Shown piece after piece: positions 1 to 6,510 of a stretch of 35,247 nucleotides of DNA (position 1 is its first letter; every line of letters starts with the position of its first letter). Under the pieces are notes generated by a model. That model did no database searches, was not told the DNA's origin, and saw nothing but the letters and a program-made list of their open reading frames with translations. This DNA comes from a virus: positions 1 through 35,247 of IMG/VR virus record IMGVR_UViG_3300012352_000123; one strand, written 5' to 3'. Position numbers and translations under genes: made by a program.

Positions 1-55
1 GACCCTGTTGGCAAACAAAGAGCAAGGTATGCAAAACGTGGAAACTTTGTCCAAA
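1..55. repeat. Terminal overlap, copy 1 (identical to 35193-35247)
   Basis: GACCCTGTTGGCAAACAAAGAGCAAGGTATGCAAAACGTGGAAACTTTGTCCAAA opens the window and also closes it. The repeat lies inside an ORF that continues in phase across the junction, so it marks circular closure of the contig. Confidence 0.9.
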
Positions 56-396
56 CTTACACACCTGACAAAACCCGCAACTATGAATCTTTAATCAAAG
101 AAGCCGCTATTGAGGCAATGGGAAGCAATGAAATCCTAGAAACCCCTGTAACGCTGTATTTGTACATAAGAGCACCAATCCCTAAGTCATCGACTAAAAA
201 GCGCCTAGAAGCCATTTCTAAGGGCTTAGAGAAGCCAATTAAGAAGCCTGATGCCTCTAATGTGCTGAAAAGTGTAGAAGATGCCATGAATGGAGTGGTT
301 TACAAGGATGATTCGCAAATTGTGAATATCCATGTTTCAAAGGTTTACAGCTCCCAATCTGGGATTGATGTGTGTGTCAAAGAATGTCTAGACTAA
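1..396 (+). CDS. rusA: RusA-family Holliday junction resolvase, distal 131 codons (gene starts at 35160 and crosses the junction)
   Basis: Frame 1 is open from nt 1 and continues the ORF starting at ATG 35160. The joined product is about 142 aa: MTMIITFKVDADPVGKQRARYAKRGNFVQTYTP...KPDASNVLKSVEDAMNGVVYKDDSQIV. I recognise the GKxRxR / PDxxN / DDxQI pattern as RusA. Stop TAA 394-396. Confidence 0.85.
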   Translation, partial: DPVGKQRARYAKRGNFVQTYTPDKTRNYESLIKEAAIEAMGSNEILETPVTLYLYIRAPIPKSSTKKRLEAISKGLEKPIKKPDASNVLKSVEDAMNGVVYKDDSQIVNIHVSKVYSSQSGIDVCVKECLD

Positions 397-409
397 GGGT
401 TTTTCCTAA
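394..409. promoter_or_regulatory. Copy of the 16-nt near-palindromic motif (site 1)
   Basis: TAAGGGTTTTTCCTAA, which is TTAGGAAAAACCCTTA on the other strand. It begins at the rusA stop codon, upstream of the 460 gene, and matches the motif at 4308, 4740 and 32875. Confidence 0.5.
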
Positions 410-459
410 TGGAAACCAACTAAAAACAAGCGTAAAGTGTAATTTTTAAACAGGAGTGA

Positions 460-696
460 ATGATGAATACATGGGAATTTGACACAACAACAGGCGAAGG
501 TGGCGAGATCGTCACAGTCGTTTATGAATACGAACAAGACGAAGATTCGACCTATAACGAGAACATCAAAGAAATCTGGTTCGAAGGTCGCAATGTCATT
601 GGACTATTCTCTGACGAACAATTCAAAGAGTTAGATATGGAAGCCGCTATGCGCTTTCAGGAGCACAAACTGAACTACAAGATGGAGGACGTATGA
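460..696 (+). CDS. Hypothetical protein (78 aa, acidic)
   Basis: ORF-track ORF. AGGAG at 452-456, with tandem ATGs at 460 and 463 (463 has the better spacing). ATGA overlap with the next gene at 693. Confidence 0.6.
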   Translation: MMNTWEFDTTTGEGGEIVTVVYEYEQDEDSTYNENIKEIWFEGRNVIGLFSDEQFKELDMEAAMRFQEHKLNYKMEDV

Positions 697-1031
697 CCAC
701 TCTAAACGCATACGATGACTTAATGAAGTTTCTTGAAAAAGATGAGTTTGTGGAAAACATTATTTTTGGAGACTATGGATGGAGTGGATTTGGAGAAGAC
801 GTCAAATTCATTAATAGAAACCAAAAAAACAAGTTAATGACGATTGATGAAGCCAAGCCATTGATGAATGGTTGGTCTTTTCATGGTGGATTTGGTTCTC
901 CAGATTGTTATGCCACCTATATTTGGACAAATAAACGTGTGATTTGGGTAACTCAGTACGATGGATCAACAAATTTAGATTCGATGCCAAGAAACCCAAC
1001 AGTTTGCAAACCAGGTATGCCAGGAGGTTGA
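693..1031 (+). CDS. Hypothetical protein (112 aa)
   Basis: ORF translationally coupled on both sides. No motif I can name. Confidence 0.6.
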   Translation: MTTLNAYDDLMKFLEKDEFVENIIFGDYGWSGFGEDVKFINRNQKNKLMTIDEAKPLMNGWSFHGGFGSPDCYATYIWTNKRVIWVTQYDGSTNLDSMPRNPTVCKPGMPGG

Positions 1032-1032
1032 A

Positions 1033-1386
1033 ATGATGGATTCAATGATTAATAGTCTTGCCAGTTCAATATTCACACCAGAAGGCCCAACAGTGAACCC
1101 GCAATATCAACCACAAAGATGGTTTACAGAGGAAATGTATGCGCAAATGCACACATCAACATGGACACCAAAGATTGAGCAGCAGTTCAAAGATGGGGTC
1201 TTAATAAGCCAAACAATTCAATACACACCACAAGGAAAAAAAGAGCCTTACCATAAAAAACAATGGGTTGGATTGACAGCAGATGAAATGGAAAGCCTAT
1301 ATCGTTTGGCAACATATATGGATGGAATAGATTACATATATATGTTGGCATTGGCAGAAGAAAAGTTAAAAGAGAAAAATCAATGA
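1033..1386 (+). CDS. Hypothetical protein (117 aa)
   Basis: AGGAGG at 1022-1027, 5 nt before ATG 1033. ATGA overlap with the next ORF at 1383. Confidence 0.6.
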   Translation: MMDSMINSLASSIFTPEGPTVNPQYQPQRWFTEEMYAQMHTSTWTPKIEQQFKDGVLISQTIQYTPQGKKEPYHKKQWVGLTADEMESLYRLATYMDGIDYIYMLALAEEKLKEKNQ

Positions 1387-1586
1387 ATGAAATAGATGTT
1401 TATTATTATGACAACTATTTATGGATAGTGCCTTATATAGTAGTTATTTATTTCACAGTTCGTATTTTGTTTATGCGTATAAAGTGGTTAGACAAAATAA
1501 CTATAGACCTTGAAAAATACTTTGAGCAAAAAAAGATGCTTGATGAAATTGTTAAGAAAATTAAGCAAAATGAGAAAGCAAGTTAA
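1383..1586 (+). CDS. Small membrane protein (67 aa, one hydrophobic helix)
   Basis: YLWIVPYIVVIYFTVRILFM is a hydrophobic segment. The stretch is AT-rich, and the start is coupled to the upstream stop. Confidence 0.5.
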   Translation: MNEIDVYYYDNYLWIVPYIVVIYFTVRILFMRIKWLDKITIDLEKYFEQKKMLDEIVKKIKQNEKAS

Positions 1587-2028
1587 ACGCAAGGTATGGG
1601 CGCTTATTGATCCGATACAGCATGGAATCATTGGTGCATCAATCACCCAAAGAGACAAGCTAGACAAGCTCAGGATGCTTGAATACTCAGCCCTAGAAGC
1701 CATCACCAAGGGAAACGGCACAATTTACGATTGGAGAACCCTTGTTGATGTACTGAACCTAAGCGAAACAATGGCGAGAGCTGGAATAGGTCCAGAGGTG
1801 TTGCCAGTATGCGAGAAAGCCCAACAAGCCCTACATGAAGCGGCCACCAGGTATCAATCAACTATGCGTTTGGGTTTATCAGGCGATGGAATCCAAGCAA
1901 TTAGAGAGTTAATCCAATATGCTGATTTGCAACAATCAAGCATTAGCCGATCTGAATTTGAAAAGTATATTCAGAAAACAAAAAACTATATTAAGTCCAA
2001 TAATGATTTAGTAACGGAAATAATATGA
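1570..2028 (+). CDS. Conserved phage protein of unknown function (152 aa from ATG 1570)
   Basis: The ORF is open from 1510 (TTG), with in-frame ATGs at 1543 and 1570. From memory, MRKQVKRKVWALIDPIQHGIIGA...LNLSETMARAGIGPEVLP resembles a prophage protein family found upstream of packaging genes (unverified). Confidence 0.6.
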   Translation: MRKQVKRKVWALIDPIQHGIIGASITQRDKLDKLRMLEYSALEAITKGNGTIYDWRTLVDVLNLSETMARAGIGPEVLPVCEKAQQALHEAATRYQSTMRLGLSGDGIQAIRELIQYADLQQSSISRSEFEKYIQKTKNYIKSNNDLVTEII

Positions 2029-2180
2029 TTGAACAAAAGAAAGATGCACCAGGCAATCCGCCTTATTGGGTATGCACTAACTGCAAATGGGCTTTTCAAG
2101 CTTTACAAGAAGCAAACGAGCATGGTAGGCGATGCGGTAGAGATGAACAAGCCCCTACATATCGTCATTATGAGAAATAA
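2025..2180 (+). CDS. Small zinc-finger-like protein (51 aa)
   Basis: Below the ORF-track cutoff. ATG 2025 overlaps the upstream TGA (ATGA). Translation: MIEQKKDAPGNPPYWVCTNCKWAFQALQEANEHGRRCGRDEQAPTYRHYEK, with a CxxC...HxxxxC arrangement. Stop 2178-2180, then ATG 2183. Confidence 0.45.
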   Translation: MIEQKKDAPGNPPYWVCTNCKWAFQALQEANEHGRRCGRDEQAPTYRHYEK

Positions 2181-2182
2181 AA

Positions 2183-2389
2183 ATGACTGATATTGAATTG
2201 ATATATCAAGCAAATAGCGCTGATATAGAAGCATTAGAAGATGCTAGATATACATTATTGGCAATACAAAAAACTGACTCTGCCTATGATGAAATGATTA
2301 ACGAATCAATAAGGTTAATTGATAAAGCATTAAATATTAACTTTATACCAGTAGTTGAAAGATTATTAAATATAAGTGAGCCAGAATGA
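2183..2389 (+). CDS. Hypothetical protein (68 aa)
   Basis: ORF-track ORF, AT-rich. ATGA overlap with the next gene at 2386. Confidence 0.5.
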   Translation: MTDIELIYQANSADIEALEDARYTLLAIQKTDSAYDEMINESIRLIDKALNINFIPVVERLLNISEPE

Positions 2390-2709
2390 ACGAGCCAACT
2401 AAAGCTATTCAATATATTATTGATACAGCGCCACTTTATGCCAAAGCAAAAGCCGACCGCATGTACTTGGAGGAATTCAGGAAAAGCAGAAAAGCCCAAC
2501 TCATGGCCCAAGCTGGCACTGAGGTACTTGGAAAACAAGAAACCTACGCCTACGCTCACCAGGACTACATTCAGATTTTGGAAGGCATAAGGCAAGCAGT
2601 AGAAACAGAGGAAAAGTACCGCTGGCTGATGACCGCAGCACAAGCCAGAATTGAGTGCTGGAGGACGGAACAATACTCAGCCCGCATTGAGCAAAAAGCC
2701 ACTCAATAA
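2386..2709 (+). CDS. Conserved phage protein of unknown function (107 aa)
   Basis: Helical, charged protein: ...APLYAKAKADRMYLEEFRKSRKAQLM...YAYAHQDYIQILEG...WRTEQ. Coupled on both sides. Confidence 0.6.
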   Translation: MNEPTKAIQYIIDTAPLYAKAKADRMYLEEFRKSRKAQLMAQAGTEVLGKQETYAYAHQDYIQILEGIRQAVETEEKYRWLMTAAQARIECWRTEQYSARIEQKATQ

Positions 2710-3011
2710 TGTTTAGCAAAAATAAACTTAAGCCAAACGCAAGCGAAAGGTTGCACATTGCCAGAATCAAGGCCATGAATTGCATTATTTGCGATAACCC
2801 AGCCCCTAGCGAATGCCATGAGATAAACCAGGGACAATGGTTTACGTCAATGCCTTTATGCGCTGATTGTCATCGTGGATCATTAAATGGAATACATGGG
2901 CAGCGCAGATTGTGGAATGTCTACAAGATGGACGAATTGTCAGCATTGAATAAAACCATTGAAAGACTGACCCAGAATATGCCCTCTAAAGCCGATTTAA
3001 GCCCGTTTTAA
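2709..3011 (+). CDS. Cys/His zinc-binding protein, possible HNH/Ref-like nuclease (100 aa)
   Basis: NCIICDNPAPSECHEINQG...MPLCADCHRGSLNGIHG shows CxxC...CH...CxxCH spacing, as in His-Me finger (HNH/Ref-type) phage nucleases. TAATG overlap with the upstream gene. The assignment is tentative. Confidence 0.45.
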   Translation: MFSKNKLKPNASERLHIARIKAMNCIICDNPAPSECHEINQGQWFTSMPLCADCHRGSLNGIHGQRRLWNVYKMDELSALNKTIERLTQNMPSKADLSPF

Positions 3012-3058
3012 GCAATTTTTAGCGTTAGAGCATACATTCGGTAGCCCTCAAAGCAAAA

Positions 3059-3081
3059 AAGCCCGTGAAGGCTTAAATTTT
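3059..3081 (+). terminator. Weak intrinsic terminator for the rightward nin-like gene run
   Basis: AAGCC (3059-3063) pairs with GGCTT (3070-3074) around loop cgtgaa, followed by AAATTTT. Short stem and poor U-run. Confidence 0.35.
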
Positions 3082-3085
3082 AGAC

Positions 3086-3110
3086 AATAAAAAACCCTCC
3101 GTAGAGGGTT
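3086..3110 (-). terminator. Intrinsic terminator of the leftward cassette
   Basis: The minus-sense RNA reads AACCCUC-uacg-GAGGGUU-UUUUAUU. That is a 7-bp GC-rich stem (3093-3099 / 3104-3110) with a tetraloop and U-run, 59 nt past the stop of the 3169 gene. Confidence 0.7.
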
Positions 3111-3168
3111 GGCGGGTTAGCGTTTTGTAAGTATTCGCAAAATTAGGGCTAGAGTTGCATAGATCATT

Positions 3169-3615
3169 TTAATAAACACAAATTCCGCGTGAATAGTAGG
3201 AGTTGACATCTTTGCCCTCTGGAACATCATCAGGGCGGATTAAATAAAGCGCCGCGCCCCTTGGGTCACCTTGTATATAGTGTTTAATTTCAACTTGAGA
3301 CATATGGCAACCTTGAAAAGCCCATTCGCGGGTGTTTCTCATGCCGATAATATGACCGAGGCGCTTTTTTGCCCCTTTTTCTCTATCGGCAACGGGTGAA
3401 AGTTTTCCAGAGTATTCACTGCGCCAGAATGGTTTATCGGTTTCTTCATCCCGTTCAATACAGCCGCCGTCAATACCGCATTCAAGCTCATGCCATCTTT
3501 GCAAGGTCATGCTGATTTTGCGAAGTTTCTCAGCCTCAAAAGCTGTAAAACCTAAGCTCATGAGTGTATTTTCTTGCGCTGTAATGCGCTGCTTTTCACG
3601 TTTTGTCATTGCCAT
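3169..3615 (-). CDS. Hypothetical protein, last gene of the leftward cassette (148 aa from ATG 3615)
   Basis: The ORF is open to 3657, but that extension would run through a hairpin, so MAMTKREKQ at 3615 is the likelier start. Contains ...ISMTLQRWHELECGIDGGCIERDEETDKPFW...GDPRGAALYLIRPDDVPEG...YYSRGICVY. I cannot assign a family. Confidence 0.6.
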   Translation of the reverse strand: MAMTKREKQRITAQENTLMSLGFTAFEAEKLRKISMTLQRWHELECGIDGGCIERDEETDKPFWRSEYSGKLSPVADREKGAKKRLGHIIGMRNTREWAFQGCHMSQVEIKHYIQGDPRGAALYLIRPDDVPEGKDVNSYYSRGICVY

Positions 3616-3634
3616 ATTCACGCCTATTAAGTTG

Positions 3635-3653
3635 AAAACCTGCGAATTGCAGG
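3635..3653 (-). terminator. Weak hairpin / attenuator inside the leftward cassette
   Basis: Minus sense reads CCUGC-aauuc-GCAGG-UUUUC (stem 3639-3643 / 3649-3653), lying between the 3691 gene and the 3615 start. Confidence 0.3.
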
Positions 3654-3690
3654 CCATAAAGCCCTAAAAATAAGGCTTTACAGTCTGAAA

Positions 3691-3897
3691 TCAGGACAAG
3701 AGAGCTTTACAGAGTAGATCAGCCTCATGTAGATCAATGGCTGACCGAAAAGCATCCAAGTATTCCGCAAATTGTGGATGATCTGGCCTCATGTTGACGC
3801 CGCCAGATTTGCGAGTTGATTCGACAATGATTCCAGCGCTGTTGGCCAGATATGCAGCGTAATTGCTTGAAGTATGCAGAGTTAACATTTTGTACAC
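3691..3897 (-). CDS. Hypothetical protein (68 aa)
   Basis: ORF-track ORF on the same strand as its neighbours in the cassette. No recognisable motif. Confidence 0.5.
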   Translation of the reverse strand: MYKMLTLHTSSNYAAYLANSAGIIVESTRKSGGVNMRPDHPQFAEYLDAFRSAIDLHEADLLCKALLS

Positions 3898-3918
3898 CTA
3901 TTAAAAAGAAAAAAGAGA

Positions 3919-4014
3919 TTATTTGACCAGGACGTCAAAATAAGCCAACATGAGAGACAAGGCTGCGCAAAAAAGCACAATGCCGCCGATAGTTTCGAGG
4001 ATGATTGATTTCAT
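3919..4014 (-). CDS. Possible 31-aa hydrophobic peptide
   Basis: Below the ORF-track cutoff. Translation: MKSIILETIGGIVLFCAALSLMLAYFDVLVK. ATG 4014 lies 3 nt after the stop of the 4018 gene. One predicted transmembrane helix. Confidence 0.3.
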   Translation of the reverse strand: MKSIILETIGGIVLFCAALSLMLAYFDVLVK

Positions 4015-4017
4015 GGA

Positions 4018-4239
4018 TCAATTCTCCAAGTATTCTTTAAGCCATTGGCGAGCTGTAGTGAGCTTTTTTGTATTAAAGCGGGTAAGAGTTTCGCCCATGC
4101 TATCGGTCACAACATAAACCCATTCAGCTCGGTCGAAGGTTAGGGTATAGCCCTTATAAGTCCCATTCTTGGCATTTGCTGCCATTTGAATGGCTTGATC
4201 TTGGAGCTTATCGTAGATTGTGGAATATTGGTTCATCAT
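4018..4239 (-). CDS. Hypothetical protein, first gene of the leftward cassette (73 aa)
   Basis: ORF-track ORF with tandem ATGs at 4239 and 4236. Preceded on the minus strand by AATAGGCGTAA. Confidence 0.55.
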   Translation of the reverse strand: MMNQYSTIYDKLQDQAIQMAANAKNGTYKGYTLTFDRAEWVYVVTDSMGETLTRFNTKKLTTARQWLKEYLEN

Positions 4240-4307
4240 TTACGCCTATTTATCGCACTTTCCGATTGAAAGTAGGGTAAGAATAACACCAAAAAAACAA
4301 AAAACTA

Positions 4308-4323
4308 TTAGGACAAACCCTAA
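4308..4323. promoter_or_regulatory. Copy of the 16-nt near-palindromic motif (site 2) in a divergent intergenic region
   Basis: TTAGGACAAACCCTAA, extended to ATTAGG..CCTAAT. It lies in the 122-nt AT-rich gap between the leftward 4239 gene and the rightward 4362 gene. Confidence 0.55.
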
Positions 4324-4361
4324 TAAAGTACAATTTATTTAAATTAATTTATGGGGACATC

Positions 4362-4613
4362 ATGGGCAGACCCTCAAACCCTCAAACCCGATACTTTCAG
4401 AGAACATTGTCAGACCCTCAGAGAATGGTCTTATTAGCGGCTGGAAAGGGTAATTTGTGCAGAGGCTTTGAGAATGTATTAGACCTATACAGTGAAGCTC
4501 ACAATAAAGGGTTTCGGCCTGACATGCCATTGAGTATTTTAAATATAGGTCTCGCAACAACTAACAACCCCAATGAAGAGGATCTACTAAGGGTTGATAT
4601 AAGGAACGTATAA
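4362..4613 (+). CDS. Hypothetical small protein, possible DNA-binding (83 aa)
   Basis: MGRPSNPQTRYFQRTLSDPQRMVLL... has a basic GRP N-terminus followed by a short strand-helix pattern (RHH-like guess). The opposite-strand ORF 4360..4560 looks less protein-like. Confidence 0.5.
   Translation: MGRPSNPQTRYFQRTLSDPQRMVLLAAGKGNLCRGFENVLDLYSEAHNKGFRPDMPLSILNIGLATTNNPNEEDLLRVDIRNV
4367..4424. repeat. CAGACCCTCA direct repeats plus tandem ACCCTCA units
   Basis: CAGACCCTCA occurs at 4367-4376 and again at 4411-4420, 44 bp apart. The first copy runs into AACCCTCA-AACCC (4377-4389). All lie in the first 20 codons of the 4362 gene. Confidence 0.6.
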
Positions 4614-4630
4614 GGGAACGGATAGGACAG
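4600..4630. repeat. Three iteron-like units with 10-12 bp period
   Basis: TAAGGAACG (4600-4608), TAAGGGAACG (4611-4620) and GATAGGACAG (4621-4630). They span the stop codon of the 4362 gene. Confidence 0.5.
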
Positions 4631-4686
4631 AACACTGAACAACAGTAAAACAAGTACTACAGAAAAGGTGCATCGATAACTCTCCT

Positions 4687-4710
4687 ACTTAACATAACAA
4701 CTTAACATAA
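4687..4710. repeat. Tandem direct repeat ACTTAACATAA x2
   Basis: ACTTAACATAA at 4687-4697 and 4700-4710, a 13-bp period, in the 262-nt non-coding gap upstream of terS. Confidence 0.7.
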
Positions 4711-4739
4711 TATGGTTATGACTCATAACGATGTTGGCC

Positions 4740-4754
4740 TAGGGGAAAACCCTA
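4740..4754. promoter_or_regulatory. Copy of the near-palindromic motif (site 3), upstream of terS
   Basis: TAGGGGAAAACCCTA. The TAGGG/CCCTA arms are perfect, and the spacer is one A longer than at 32875. Confidence 0.5.
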
Positions 4755-4785
4755 TGTTGTGTGTGAGGTGATGGTGAGATGATGG

Positions 4786-4836
4786 GGGGGAGGGGTAGGT
4801 GAGGGTTGTGAAAGATTGATGTAGCCCCCCTCCCTC
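4786..4836. other. G-run / C-run stem-loop flanked by GGTGA repeats (candidate packaging-site element)
   Basis: GGGAGGGG (4788-4795) pairs perfectly with CCCCTCCC (4827-4834), extendable by G-C and G-T pairs to 4786/4836, with a 31-nt loop. GGTGA occurs at 4767, 4773 and 4798. An A7 run follows, so this is not a plus-strand terminator. Confidence 0.5.
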
Positions 4837-4875
4837 AAAAAAAGCCAAAATGGAAACACTCCAAGAAAGGACAAA

Positions 4876-5262
4876 GTGGAACAATTAAAAAGAGGACGAG
4901 GAAGACCTAAGGGGTCTGTAAAGATGACGATACAGAGGTTTGCTGATAACCCTCCGTCTGTATTGCCTAAGACTGACCATCAGAGGTTGAAGGAGTTGAA
5001 GGAGTTGATGATTAGGTCTGGAGGTAAGGATGTTGCTCAGAAGGTTATTGAGATTGCTTTGAATGATGAGCATCCGCATCAATTGGTGGCTTTGAAGATG
5101 TGTTTAGACAGGACTTTGCCTGTTAGCATGTTTGAGAAGGATAAGAGTCAGAGGAGTGCTGTAAGTATCACAATTAGTGGTTTAGGAGATATAAATCCTA
5201 CGGTAATAGATACCAATCCTGAAGAACCAACAGATGTTGAGGACAAGTATGGCAGACCTTAA
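4876..5262 (+). CDS. terS: Terminase small subunit (128 aa, GTG start)
   Basis: It sits immediately upstream of, and overlaps, terL. The N-terminal KRGRGRPKGS motif is typical of one small-terminase family. Basic N-terminus and acidic C-terminus. No in-frame ATG lies further upstream. Confidence 0.65.
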   Translation: MEQLKRGRGRPKGSVKMTIQRFADNPPSVLPKTDHQRLKELKELMIRSGGKDVAQKVIEIALNDEHPHQLVALKMCLDRTLPVSMFEKDKSQRSAVSITISGLGDINPTVIDTNPEEPTDVEDKYGRP

Positions 5263-6508
5263 TTTTAGCTTGCTTCCTTGGCAACAAGAGGTATTTAAAG
5301 ACCAGACTCGGTTCAAGGTGGTGGCTGCTGGTCGCCGCTGTGGTAAGAGTAGGATGGCCGCTGTAACGCTTCTTATAGAGGGTTTAAAGTGTCCACAAGG
5401 CTCTGCTGTGCTTTATGTAAGCCCTACTATGGGTCAATCAAGGCAGATTATCTGGGACTTGCTGTTAGACCTTGGAAGAGAAGTAATCCAGAACTCCCAT
5501 GTGAACAATCTAGATATTACCTTGATAAACGGAGCAAGGATTTATGTTCGTGGTGCTGATAGACCTGATACCCTTCGTGGTGTGTCTTTGACCTATGCTG
5601 TGTTGGATGAGGTTGCGGATATTAAGCCAGAGGCTTGGGAACAGGTTATCAGGGCTTCTTTGAGTGACAGAAAGGGTAGAGCTTTGTTTATTGGTACTCC
5701 AAAGGGCAGAAACTGGTTCTATGACACTTTTAAGCTCGGAGAGGGTGGAGAGGACTCTGATTGGAAGAGTTGGCACTTTACGACCCAAGATAACCCTTTG
5801 ATCGACCCTACAGAGATAGAGAGTGCCAAGAAAACCTTGAGTAGCTTTGCTTTTAAACAAGAGTATCTGGCTAGTTTCTCTAATGCGGGTGCTGATGTTT
5901 TTAAGGAAGATTGGATCAAGTATGGGGTTGAGCCTGATTACGGCAGTTATTACATTGCTGTTGACTTAGCGGGATTTGAGGAAGTTGCTAAACAGGCGGC
6001 TAATTCTAAGAAAAGGTTGGATGAGTCTGCTATTGCTGTTGTGAAGGTGACTGATGACGGTAAGTGGTTTGTTAAAGAGATTGAGCATGGTAGATGGGAT
6101 ATTCGGGAGACTGCGGCTAAGATTCTGATGAAGATGAGGGATTACAGACCACTTAGCATTGGGATTGAGAAGGGGGCGCTCAAGAACGCTGTTTTGCCCT
6201 ATTTGAGTGATTTGATGCGGAAAAACAATGTATACAGCCACATCGTTGATTTAACGCATGGGAATAGGAAAAAAACAGATAGAATCATTTGGTCGTTGCA
6301 AGGTCGGTTTGAACATGGGAGAATCGTACTAAACAGCGAGGAAGATTGGGATACTTTTGTTGACCAACTACTTATGTTTCCATCGCAGGGCGTTCATGAT
6401 GACTTACCAGACGCTCTGTCTTACATTGACCAGTTAGCAGTCACAACCTATTTTGATGACTCTGATACTGATGACTGGCAGCCAATGGACGTAATTGCAG
6501 GAGTGTGA
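5249..6508 (+). CDS. terL: Terminase large subunit (419 aa)
   Basis: Walker A AAGRRCGKS, Walker B LDEVAD, and a C-terminal nuclease-type acidic motif (VHDDLPDAL). The ORF is open from 5234, but GAGGA at 5240-5244 favours ATG 5249. Confidence 0.9.
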   Translation: MADLNFSLLPWQQEVFKDQTRFKVVAAGRRCGKSRMAAVTLLIEGLKCPQGSAVLYVSPTMGQSRQIIWDLLLDLGREVIQNSHVNNLDITLINGARIYVRGADRPDTLRGVSLTYAVLDEVADIKPEAWEQVIRASLSDRKGRALFIGTPKGRNWFYDTFKLGEGGEDSDWKSWHFTTQDNPLIDPTEIESAKKTLSSFAFKQEYLASFSNAGADVFKEDWIKYGVEPDYGSYYIAVDLAGFEEVAKQAANSKKRLDESAIAVVKVTDDGKWFVKEIEHGRWDIRETAAKILMKMRDYRPLSIGIEKGALKNAVLPYLSDLMRKNNVYSHIVDLTHGNRKKTDRIIWSLQGRFEHGRIVLNSEEDWDTFVDQLLMFPSQGVHDDLPDALSYIDQLAVTTYFDDSDTDDWQPMDVIAGV

Positions 6509-6510
6509 AA

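Noticed and set aside
1-55. The 55-nt terminal repeat as a genuine phage direct terminal repeat
   Set aside because: It lies in the middle of the rusA reading frame, which continues in phase across the junction, and it has an assembler-overlap-like length. A biological terminus inside a conserved gene is unlikely.
4360-4560. 66-aa minus-strand ORF opposite the 4362 gene
   Set aside because: Cys/Leu-rich unlikely protein, and it would start inside the neighbouring gene. The plus-strand ORF begins right after the divergent control region. Neither has strong support, so the plus ORF is kept at only 0.5.
5234-6510. Upstream alternative starts given by the ORF track (5234 for terL, 6505 for portal, 21419, 26115, 20912, 29072, 30592, 3657)
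   Set aside because: In each case a downstream ATG has a correctly spaced AGGAG-type site, or overlaps the previous stop codon. The extended start has no RBS or lies inside an RNA stem.
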